A stretch of 64,000 bases of DNA from Felis catus (lineage: Eukaryota). A program made the position numbers and the translations under genes. The notes under the pieces were generated by a model. The model worked only from the letters and a program-made list of their open reading frames with translations, searched no databases and was not told the origin of the DNA. Positions 1 to 36,500 of this stretch are shown here, one piece after another. Location of the stretch: assembly GCF_018350175.1 (NCBI RefSeq), contig NC_058369.1:17796001-17860000 (forward strand), in the 5' to 3' direction. Position 1 is the stretch's first letter. Each line of letters starts with the position of its first letter.

Positions 1-106
1 CCAGCTCACTCTGGCAGGCACCCCAGTTGGCTCTGGGCCTTGAAGATGCTGTGCCTGGATACCCCCAGGAATATGCTCGCCCCCACAGCGGTGACCCCGT
101 TGCTAC

Positions 107-26631
<26,525 letters not shown>

Positions 26632-26900
26632 ACCCGGGATGGGATGAGTCGGACTGCGCGGACCGCGACCCAGCAGCCAGGCCACCTCGGGCCACTCGAG
26701 GCCCCGCCCCTCGGCCCCGCCCCTCCTCGAGCCGTGCAGACGCCAATCCAACTCCTCCAGGCCCCTCCCCAGAACAAATAGGCCCTACCCCCAACAGAAG
26801 AGGGCTGGCCTCCGACCACGCATGCCCAACTCGACTGCCAGCCGGTTTTGGACCCAGCAGGCTCGCCAGTCACGCCGGGATCGAGGACGCGCATGCCCAG
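26632..26900 (-). promoter_or_regulatory. CpG-rich proximal promoter / 5'UTR of PFKFB4 exon 1
   Basis: CpG-dense. Two tandem GC boxes (GCCCCGCCCC at ~26701-26723), CCAAT at 26743-26747, and GCATGCCC motifs near 26820 and 26890, all immediately upstream of the ATG at 26631. Confidence 0.7.
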
Positions 26901-28488
26901 CTCCCCACAGCTTCTAGCCCGGGATGTGCAGAGGCTCTAGCCCGGCACACCCAACCGTACACTCAGATACGCATTAGTATTAGTCTCACCCACGGCCTCG
27001 CCTGCATAGATTGCCCCCTCCCCCCTCCCCCCAGCACCCGGGTTCTGCTCACTGCTACCCTTGACCTCAGGTTCCCTAGGAGGAAGGGATTTGCATGCCC
27101 GGGAGCAGGGCCTGCTTGACCCTCAGGTCTCAGTTGTTCGGGACCTGTCTGGTGACTCCTGCGTAATCCCAGATGTCAACTGCCACGCCCGCCAGCCCTG
27201 CGTCCGGTCCTCTCTCGACCCTCTCTCAAGCCCCAGGACTCTAACCTCGCCCACTGAAGCGACCGACTCAACCGCGCTGGAAGTTTCTTTACCTCATGGA
27301 CAGGGGCACGGGACAAATCTCAAAATTGATTATGTTTCCTCTTTTTACCTTGGCTAGTGGGAAGCTCAGGCTAAAACTCTGGCCCACCTAGAACACGTGA
27401 GCAGGACCTTTTAACCAAGCTCCCTGGCAGTATCTTACTTCTCCTGCCAGGATTTCATCTCTACCAATTAAATTTTAAATTGTAAATCTACATATTTTTT
27501 AAATGAATCTCTGTCTCTCCATCAGAAAAACAGAATGCGGGCATCATCAACCTACAAGATTCTGGTATTTATTAAATGTGTCAGTGTCTGAGAAATCCAT
27601 TTTAAAGCACATCAGTGATATCATTTATATTATTTATCTCCCTCCTGTCTCTAAGAATGCAGTGGAAGCAGGGGGCAAGGGAGAAGTCCAGAAGTTCAGG
27701 AACCCTGTGTCACTTTCCTTTGTCTCTTCAGCCCAATTTCTCAAAGTTTTGTACACTTTCTGTCCCGGGACCCCCACTGACACTGCTCAAACCTGGGTCA
27801 CACTGCCCTCTAGCGATGTCCTCCACAAAACCCCCAGACAGGATCATGGCACTCTCAGGTTCTCTCTGCCCAAAGTGTGCCCAGCCAGGAGCCAGGTGCT
27901 AGGGACATGGAGAACAAGGCTCCGCCCAGTGCATCAGGGGAGCAGCATCCCCTCCCTCTGACCTCCCTGCCGCCTGGCAAGGACCCTTAAGATAACTCTG
28001 ATACAGATGTCTTGCCCACTTCACAGGAGATGGATGGGGAGGTGGAAGCCCACCTAGGTCCTTCCTGAAACCAGCTTTAGCTGCCTACCCCCAGAGGAAT
28101 GCCCTGCCCCAGACAGACTTGAGCACTTCCTCTTTCATCCTCTCTCTGCAGCGTCCACCTCCCACCTCCTTCCACCTCACACCAGGGCAGCTCTGAACAC
28201 ACTCATATGTGGCTCCTGATGCCCCTTGTGACCACCCACCTGCTTCCTACTTCTCCAAAGCCACTCACTGGTTCCTGGCACAGCCAATCTTCCGGTCTGT
28301 CTCCGAGCCGTTGCCAAGGCCATCCTGGGGTCACCTCGACCTCAGAGACCTTGTCACCACCCACCCACACCCTATCCAACCCCCAGCATTCACTGCAAAG
28401 GCTACATACTCTAGCACCCACAGACACCCAGCACCTCCTCTGCATGCCATTCTCCTCCTTACCCCTCCTGGGATGCTAGTCAAAAGCT

Positions 28489-28528
28489 GGGGGTAGGGGG
28501 TAGGGGGTAGGGGGTAGGGCAGGGCAGG
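28489..28528. repeat. (GGGGGTA)n G-tract repeat
   Basis: Four G5 runs separated by TA, followed by GGG runs. Confidence 0.85.
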
Positions 28529-29686
28529 ATGCCAGGGCCATTTCGAGGAAGCTGTCCCCAAGGCCAGTCTGAGCCTGACTTCTCAGGAAGAGCAATGACT
28601 GTACCTCCCACTCTTCCCCAAACAGTCTGACCCTGGGCTGACCCAGACACACCTTCCCAAGTCCCAACATCCAGTGGGAGGCCACAGGTCACCAGCAGGA
28701 GGAGCCTGGGGCCCCTCCCCAAGGTCAAAGTCTACCTCTGCTCTAAGAATGCTCCTGTCTCCCCGCCCATTTCTCAGGTAGGAAACTGAGGGAGGAGAGC
28801 AGGGTCCGGCGTCACAGAGCCAGCCCACAGTGCAGGACAGACTGAGATGAACTCCCAGCCCTTTAAAACCTCACCTCCCACACCTTCCATATCACCACAT
28901 TTCCTACCCCTCCCCCTGGGCTCTGGCTTGTTCCTTCCATTGAAATGCTCTCTTGGCTTTCTGCTCCTACAGCATCAGTAGATTTCCAAGAGAACAGCTG
29001 GCCTTCATGGCTTTTCCTTCCTTGGAGCCATCCCAAAGTGACGGGGTGGAAAGTGTGCTGGGATGTCGGCGTGCACTCATGTGTGAATCTGTCCTGCTCA
29101 GTCTCCCCCCTCCTCTATGAACCTGCCTGGCCTGGTCCTGGCTGGCTCCCGTGGTGCCCTCTGCACTGACCACTAGACCTCTCTCCAGTGTCCCAGGCTA
29201 CAAGCTATAGGTTGGCTGAAGTCCTCGATCCTCAGTTGTTGCTGCTCAAACTCTTCCCCAAACCTATATCTGTTGGTCAGTCCTGGCCAGACCGTCAAGC
29301 CACCGTTTGCAGCATAAAGGCCCAGGGACCTCAGTGAATGCCACACAGCCCCACATGCCAGTGCACGGAAGCATGAACACAGAGTCACACGTGCACACAC
29401 ACTAGCAAGCCCTGCACCCAGGCCTACACAGACAGGAAGGCTGCACAGCCCGCTGCTCTCTACTGCCTCCTTTCCCCTTTATTTCCCTCCTCCTCTTCCC
29501 TCTGTGCCACTGGAAGATTCCCAGGAATTCCAGCTTCATCCAGCCAGTTCAAGCCCAGGATCATCCCCAGTGTCTCCCTGGGCCCAGAGCTCACAGACGG
29601 CGTGAGGTTCCAGCTTGTGGATATGGAGCCATGTGACCAAGCAGCCTGTGAACTGTGGTCGGCACTTGCTGATTGCAGTTTGGCAC

Positions 29687-29832
29687 AAGGCACACAGTAG
29701 GCACTCAGAGTGACTCATTGCCAGCCAAGGCACACAGTAAGGGCTAGAGAGGTTCATGACCAGGATAGAGCACACAGTAGGTGCTTAGAACAGCTCAGGA
29801 CCCACACAAGGCACACAGTAGGTGCCCTAGAA
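29687..29832. repeat. Degenerate 40-bp minisatellite, 4 copies
   Basis: GCACACAGTA at 29690, 29730, 29770, 29811. Confidence 0.8.
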
Positions 29833-30238
29833 ATCCTGGTTTAAGGGCTAAAGCCACTTCATACGAAAAATTTCCCAAATGAGCTTCTGGGCCTCCCCAA
29901 ACTGATGTGTGACCCCTGAGGGGGACCTGGACAAACCTGACCCCCTGGGAGGCCAGCAAAGTGTAGAGCGGGAGGGCCTCAGGCAGCTCCAGCTGGCTGT
30001 CCCTCTCCCTGGGCTGCAGGAAGAAGCTATTTATAGTTCCCCCTTGGCCCAGCCCCTCCACTCCCCTGCACGGCAACAGGGTTCCCCCTCCTCCTTGCCA
30101 CCGACAGGCTGATGCCCCCTCAGAACACCCCTACAGCTAGAGAGACACCCAACACTCTCGCACCCCTTCCAGCACCACCCCCACTGCGCCCTGGTCTTTC
30201 CTCAATCCCCCCACCCTCTCCCCGCCGCCGGTGCCTAC

Positions 30239-30302
30239 CCCGCCTACTGCTCCCTGACCCGGGGTCCGTCAGGGCGCTGCCTCCCTCCGTGCCTCTGTCC
30301 AT
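30239..30302 (-). CDS. PFKFB4: Candidate alternative first coding exon of PFKFB4 (MDRGTEGGSALTDPGSGSSRR-)
   Basis: ATG at 30302, 21 codons + 1 nt, then G|GTAGGC donor. Phase 1 matches the exon 2 acceptor (G+TT = Val). Lies in a second CpG-rich patch with GC boxes upstream. Confidence 0.6.
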
Positions 30303-30460
30303 ACTGAAAGCGAACTGGCCCCGGGCCGTTGCCCCCCTGCAGCCTGAAGCCAGGCAGCCCCGCCCTCCGGGTTCGTGAGGGAGCTTCGGTGTGCCCCGTG
30401 GCCCCGCCTCCCCGGCCACGCCCTGGGCCCGCCCCCCGAGGCTGCTCACAACTTGAGAGA
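30303..30460 (-). promoter_or_regulatory. GC-rich putative upstream alternative promoter of PFKFB4
   Basis: Local CpG enrichment with GC-box-like motifs (CCCCGCCTCC ~30402, CCCGCCCCC ~30427) directly upstream of the candidate exon. Confidence 0.45.
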
Positions 30461-30837
30461 TCAACAGTGCCCCCACCCCAGGCAGCCAAACTCCTGCCCC
30501 TGTGGCCTCTCTCTCCAGGCAGAGCGGTCCATACTGCCCAGTGTCTGCCCTCGTCTCCAGCTGGAGCTGTCTACAGTACCCAGGGTATCTGCCCCATCTG
30601 CAGGCAAGCCTGTCCACACTGCTCAGAAGGTCAGCCCCATCTCCAGCCCAGCAATGGAGCTGGGGGTGTGAGATTAGGCAAAACCTACTCCTTCTACACC
30701 AAGGAACCGGGTGGGTGAAATGGGGCAGGGGTGGAGGGAAGTGGGCAGAGGGGCAACATAGTCAGTATGACCAAACCCTTGACTGTCCTTGCCTGGGTGC
30801 ACATGACTGTGATTCTCACTCATCCCATTCTCCAGTC

Positions 30838-30975
30838 ACTACATTTATTGAGCTCTTCCTGCGTGCTAGAACCTTCAAGTGCACCGTCACTCAATGTTTG
30901 CAAGAAGCTTGGTGGCATCATTCTGCTTTACAGAGGAAGAAACTAAGGCTTGGAAAGGTGAGCACATTTTAGTTT
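30838..30975 (-). mobile_element. MIR SINE remnant
   Basis: acatttattgagc...ctttacagaggaagaaactaaggcttggaaaggtgag resembles the reverse-complemented MIR core (ttttacagatgaggaaactgaggc). Confidence 0.6.
30844..30849 (-). terminator. Putative UCN2 polyadenylation signal AATAAA
   Basis: TTTATT on the + strand; first canonical hexamer I found downstream of the UCN2 stop (~1 kb 3'UTR); lies inside a MIR. Confidence 0.55.
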
Positions 30976-31843
30976 GCTTGGGACAATTCAACAAAGGAGG
31001 TATGGGGCTGGACCGGAGCCCCAGCAGCCCAAGCCTCCTCTCTCCTGAGTCATCGTGTGTCCAAGGGCCGAGGCCAGGTGTGCAGGGCTGTGGGTAGGAC
31101 AGTGCCTGGCTGTGTGTTGAGTGTGCTTCATGTGGGTTTGGGGGACAAGTATCTGTTCTTCCCAGCCCCCTCGCATGCCCTCCCCTCACCCCCACACACC
31201 CACAGCAGAGATGCACCCACCGATCACACGTACACCTACCACAAGGCAAGGCTGTCACAACCACAGACTTTCCACGTACGGTCACCCATGCCTGGAGATG
31301 CCTGTGACGGCCCCATTCTTCTGGGGTGGGTGCTGCCTCATGAAGCACAAAACATGCATGTGACCCTCAGCCTGCACTCCCCTGTGTGGTGACCTGTTGG
31401 GGGCAGGGAAGACCTGCAGGTCTGGTCTTAGGTGGATGGGTCTGAGATGCAATACTGGGCTCCTATGTTGAGGTTCCTAAAACTGGCACAAGAGTGGCCA
31501 CATTGGCAGTGTCCAGATTCTTGCTCTTTGACTGTGGGGCACCCAGACATGGCAAGACTCCACACGGTAGTCACATTCCACAGTAGTGTCCAAGCTGTCC
31601 AGACATATTGTAAGTCTGTGTGGCTCCAGGTATGGCAAGACTCCATTTGGCAGTCACCCGATATGGCAATGCCCGGGCTGTCCAAACAAACTGTGGCTCT
31701 GTGAGGCACTCAGCTGTGATATGACACCACATGGCAGTGACTGCACGGGGCTGTGGCCAGGCGCACTGTGCCCAGATGTAGTGCGTCCTGCTCTGCTGCT
31801 GCCTTCCAGGTCTCCTAATTCAGGGTGACCCCCGCCCTGAGGC

Positions 31844-32182
31844 TCAGCGGCGGCCAACATGGGCCAGGATGCGAGCGTTGGCAGCGGCCTGCTCCCTCAC
31901 AGCTCTGGCTCGGGCTTGCTCCAGTAAGATCCGCAGGAGGCCAATGGGGACATCCAGTGAGAGAGTGATGCGGGGGCCTGGGCGGGGGCCAGGGCTAGGG
32001 TGGCCCCAAGCAGTGGAGGGGCCCACGGTGCTGGCTGAGGGGCTCTCTGAGGCCACAGGGCGGGGAGTGGCTTGGGGAGGGTTCTGAGGGAGGAGCTGGA
32101 AGGCTGGAATAGGGGTCATGGGGACAAGCAGGGCCCTGCCCGACGTCAGGATCATCAGCACCAGCAGAGCCCACCTGGTCAT
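31844..32182 (-). CDS. UCN2: Urocortin-2 precursor (CRF family), 112 aa
   Basis: MTRWALLVLMILTSGRALL signal peptide; C-terminal 38-aa CRF-family peptide ITLSLDVPIGLLRILLEQARARAVREQAAANARILAHV followed by GRR-stop. Splice acceptor (tttctcctcgcag|) 12 nt upstream of the ATG, exon starting at 32194. Confidence 0.96.
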   Translation of the reverse strand: MTRWALLVLMILTSGRALLVPMTPIPAFQLLPQNPPQATPRPVASESPSASTVGPSTAWGHPSPGPRPGPRITLSLDVPIGLLRILLEQARARAVREQAAANARILAHVGRR

Positions 32183-32818
32183 CGCGTGGTCAGGCTGCGA
32201 GGAGAAAAGAGGCTCAGGGCAGGGGTTCTGGGCAGCCGTGGCGCATGGACAGATGCAGACGGGGAAAGTAGACAGACAGAGAGAGGGAGACCAAGGGAAG
32301 GAGACAGAGAGGTAGAGATTAGAGAGGCCAGGCATGGGACGGAGATAAGAGAGACAGAGATGAAAGCACAAGACAGCCAGACAGAGCAGGGGCCAGGGAG
32401 ACGGAGAGAGCAAGAAGGAGAGTGAAAGAGACAGAGAGCACAGCTAGGTCTGGATCTAGATGTAGAGATGGGTACAGTTGGGGAGGGGAGGGAGAAGAGG
32501 GAAAAAGACGAGAGGGAGGACATGGAGGCAGAGCAAAAGAGGGAGACTGGAAGACAAAGAGGCTGGAGCCACCCCAGAGACAGACAGCATGATGAAAATA
32601 AGGATACCAAGGCATGGAGAGAACACAGAGGGACAAAAGGGGAGCCTCAGGTCTGAGGGAGCTTGCAGCAGATCGTGGACAAAGAAGGGCAGGAATGGGG
32701 TCCTCAAGGTAGAGAAGCAGCCAGAGACTCCACATCCGGAGACCTCCAATAACCCATACCCGGATCTACTCAGCCCCCAAGGCCCTGCCCATCCCACCCA
32801 GAGCCATCCCAGTCCTAC

Positions 32819-32928
32819 CAGCAGCAGCCTCTTCTGGAGCAAGGTGGGGCCGCCGGGGCTGCCCGCGGCTGGGACCAGGCGGTGCTGTGCTGTGGTCGGG
32901 CCTCTGCCCCCTTCCGGGCCCATTTATC
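32819..32928 (-). promoter_or_regulatory. Putative UCN2 core promoter and non-coding exon 1
   Basis: TATA-like GATAAA at 32923-32928, a GC-rich stretch, then a CTG|GTAGGA donor at 32819/32818. This gives a ~624-nt pyrimidine-rich intron to the 32194 acceptor. Confidence 0.55.
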
Positions 32929-33215
32929 TCTCTCAGCCCCTGAGGTAGGAGCTGGGCACGGCTCCGGCATGAAGCAGCCCCCCACCTCTGACTCATCCCC
33001 TCCTGGGGGGGCAGTGAGGACGTGTCCTCAGCCTCCACTCTGTCTACTCCTTTTTGGGGACAAGTTGGACACTGAGAGTCACAGAACAGTGACCAGGGCT
33101 GGACAGAGGGACTCTGCACCCGTGCAGGAGAGCACTGACCTCCCAGGGAAAACCGGACCCCCTGCCATCCCCATCTCCCCAAACAGTCACAACAGGGGCC
33201 TTTTAAAACAGCAGC

Positions 33216-33221
33216 TTTAAT
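33216..33221 (-). terminator. COL7A1 polyadenylation signal ATTAAA
   Basis: TTTAAT on the + strand ~290 nt after the COL7A1 stop, followed by GT-rich sequence on the minus strand. Confidence 0.65.
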
Positions 33222-33507
33222 GCCCCCCAGAATCAGCACCATGTCATCACAGGCTTGGGTCAAGGGGCGGGTCAGATGCAGTCACATCCGCTCACTGCCC
33301 ACAGCCACCCCCACACTGAGTCATCTACCAGGGAGGCAGGAGCCACAATGGGGGTTTGTCCACAGGGGGGAAGGCTAGACCCACGGGACCAAGTCACTGA
33401 AATAACGGACACGCTCATGCACGCTCACATGCACTCAGGCCTGTAGCACCAAGGGGAGGGACAGGAGTCCACCAGGGGATGCTGGACTTCAGCTCATCAT
33501 CTGGGCC

Positions 33508-36500
33508 TCAGCTTCGGGCAGCACCTGGGTGGAACAGGTTGGGAGCTGACTTCAGGCATCTGGCCTCACCCAGCATGTAGGCCACGGAGAGGCAGTGCGC
33601 AGATGGTCAGTGGGGCAGCTGGGAGCACAAGAGTGAGGCTCTGACCTCAGAGAGGGGATCCTCACTCAGACCCTTGAGGAGGGAGCATGGAGGGGACTCC
33701 ACAGCTAGGGTTCTCTGTTCAGCAACTTGGTCTGGGGAGGTCTGTCCCAGGCCTCCCAGTCTGAGGGGGGTCCTGACGTGGGACCCCGACCAAGACCTGA
33801 TCTGGGTAGGCTCAGTGTCCAGGTCCCTCTCGGGGCGGAGGGGTAGGCCCATACCTGTTCCCTGGCTCTGGACCACGCGGGGCATGCAGCGGCGCTCACA
33901 GGCCTCACGGGTCCCAAAACGATTCGCATTCCCTCCACAGCCGCCATAGACAAAGGGGTGACAGGCATCTGTGCCACCTGCCACAGCTCGATGGTACCAG
34001 CGCAGGGTGTAGGCAGTGCAGGAGCCCTCATCCAGTGGAAGCAAGCAGGGGTCTAGGGCCAACGGGGGTCAGGAGGTCAGCAGGGGTGGCGGCAGTCAGG
34101 GACTGAGGGTCAGTGAGAGGTCAGCAGGGGTCACTACTGTCCCTCCCTGAGTCCCTCTGGGCCAACCCCCCTTCTCACCATCACCATCCTGAAGAACTTC
34201 AGGGTCTTGGTATTCCTCCACAGAATACTCAGAATATTCATATTCATCGTCCTCTGGGGGCACCTCGCCTACACACAGGGTGGGGTGCTATGAGTGAGGC
34301 TGCTGCTGGGCCACGTTCATGCTGCCCAACCCCGGCCCCTGGGAGTGGGGCAGGTAGCGCTGGTCTCCCACGTGTGTGCCCAGTGTTCATGCTGTGCCCT
34401 CCATGTCGCCCCTATACACATGGCCTGTGCCCTGCATGCATGAGCAACCCCGCATGTGTCTGTGCCCCACTACACATGCCCCATGGTTCCCCTGTCCTCA
34501 CCTTCCTCCTCTGCATGAGAGACCCGGAGCACAGGCACAGGGTGGAGCTGGGGGCTGGCAGTGTCTGCAGCATAACTAGGGAGGGGTCCTGGAGCAAGGA
34601 GCAGGGGCACAGGGCCTTGGGGTCATGATGGCAGCCACCCCAGCCAAGTCCCTGCTGAGCAAACCCAGATAATGGACACAGTGGGACCTGGCATGAGGAA
34701 AGTCCCAGGAGCAGAAAATACCAGAAAACTACTCACGTGATCCAGATGCAATAAACTGGCCCTGGCAGGCTGGAGGGGGCAGAGAAGGGCAGGGAGAGAG
34801 AAAAGAACAGAGAGAAAGAGACAACGATGGAAAGGGGCAGAGAAAGAGAGAGACAGAGGGACACACACAGCAGGGCAGAGAAAGACAGCAGGAGAAAGTG
34901 ACAGAGAGACCGACAGGACAGAAAGAGAGAGAGGGTGGGAAGCAGAGAAAGAGGAAGGAAGAAAGAGGAAGAAAGGCAGAGGAGAAACAGACAAAGGACG
35001 AAAGAGAAGTTGGGAACAGGCCAACAAAGGGCAAGAGAGGGAGCGTCAGAAACAGACAGGCATGGAGAGGGAACGGAAGCAGAGACAGGAGGAGACAGAG
35101 CTTCACTCTCTGATACCCCTCAGGGCCATCAGAGCCCCACTGGGCTGCTCCCGCCTCCACCCCTCCACACACGGCCACACTGGGCTTCTAGGAACACTGT
35201 GTGTCCACCCACATTTGCTGCGTGTCACCGTTTGGGGAAAGTCCTCATAGTATGTCTGTCCTGAGCATACATGCCCTCCTGTGTATCTATCCATCTCCAC
35301 CCATCTCTGTGACTGCTGGTCCCCCATAAGTTCTGGGGACCCCACCTGCCCCTGTCTAGGGGTGCTGGAGTAGAATGGGAATGAGACCCAAGAGGCTCTG
35401 GGCTGGGCCCCACTCACCACAATGCTGACTCATCTCCTGACGCACAAAGCCCCGAATGTCATCCTCCTGGGAGCACAAGACCACAAGGATCATGAAGAAC
35501 CCAGGGATCACGGGAGGGACAAAGGGCATATGATGCAGGGATCACAGGGGGACAGCACTGAGTCAGGGGCCCAGCCCACGAAGGCCTACACTTACTGTTA
35601 ACGCAGCTTCTCCCTTTTCCCCACGGGGGCCAGCGGGCCCTGGCCGCCCCTGTGTGCAACAGATGGGACCAGACTGTGACCTCTGATCTTAGGGACACCA
35701 GAGGTCACCCCAGTCTCTGACCCCAACCCCAGGAATCCCCACTTACCTGCTCCCCTCTCTCTCCAGGGGCCCCAGGGGCCCCAGGGGCACCCACCACTCT
35801 CTCTCCAGGGGGACCTCGCTCACCCTGTCAGACACAAGGATGAGTGAGCAGTCAGAGTCAGTGGAGGTCAGAAGGAAGGAAAGTCGAGATCATAGGCTCA
35901 GGGGTATTGGCGATGGGTTGCAGGGTCAGAGGTCAGTGATATTGGAAGGGTCAGGGAGGTTCAGGGATCAGGAGTCAGGGTCAGAGCTGTTTACCTTCTG
36001 GCCCTGAAGTCCTTCAGGGCCTTTGGGACCAACACTGCCAGGTGGCCCAGGGGGGCCACTAGAGCCATCATTGCCCCTGGGACCTGGGAAGCCCCCAATT
36101 CCTGGGGACCCCTGTGGAGAGACAGGTCAGAGTCAGTGATCAAAGCCCCCAAAGATGGACCCACTTCCAGAAAGTACAGTCCCTTTAGCTTGACCTTGGT
36201 CTCCACTTACCCGCTCCCCTTTCTCACCCTGGTCACCCTTGGATCCTGGCTGCCCATCAAAGCCTCGATCACCCTGGGAACAGAAAGAAGCATGAGAGAC
36301 CATCTGTCTTGATGTCCTCAGTTCAACTGCCATGAGCCCCTTGGTCCAATGGCCACAATCTTCCATGACCCAAGCACCTGTGACCCTACCATCCCAGGAC
36401 CTTCAACCTGCTGTGATCCTCATGACCCTGACCTGACTGTAATACCCCTTGCCCTGCTTCCACCTATTTCCTTTATATACACACACCAGCCTCCCCTACT

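Noticed and set aside
29687..29832. CRISPR-like repeat-spacer appearance
   Set aside because: Mammalian DNA with no cas genes, imperfect repeats and related spacers; treated as a minisatellite.
32183..32413. 77-aa N-terminal extension of UCN2 in the ORF track
   Set aside because: It lies in the pyrimidine-rich intron upstream of a clear acceptor at 32194. The signal peptide starts at the 32182 ATG, and the hydrophobic look comes from (CT)-rich composition.
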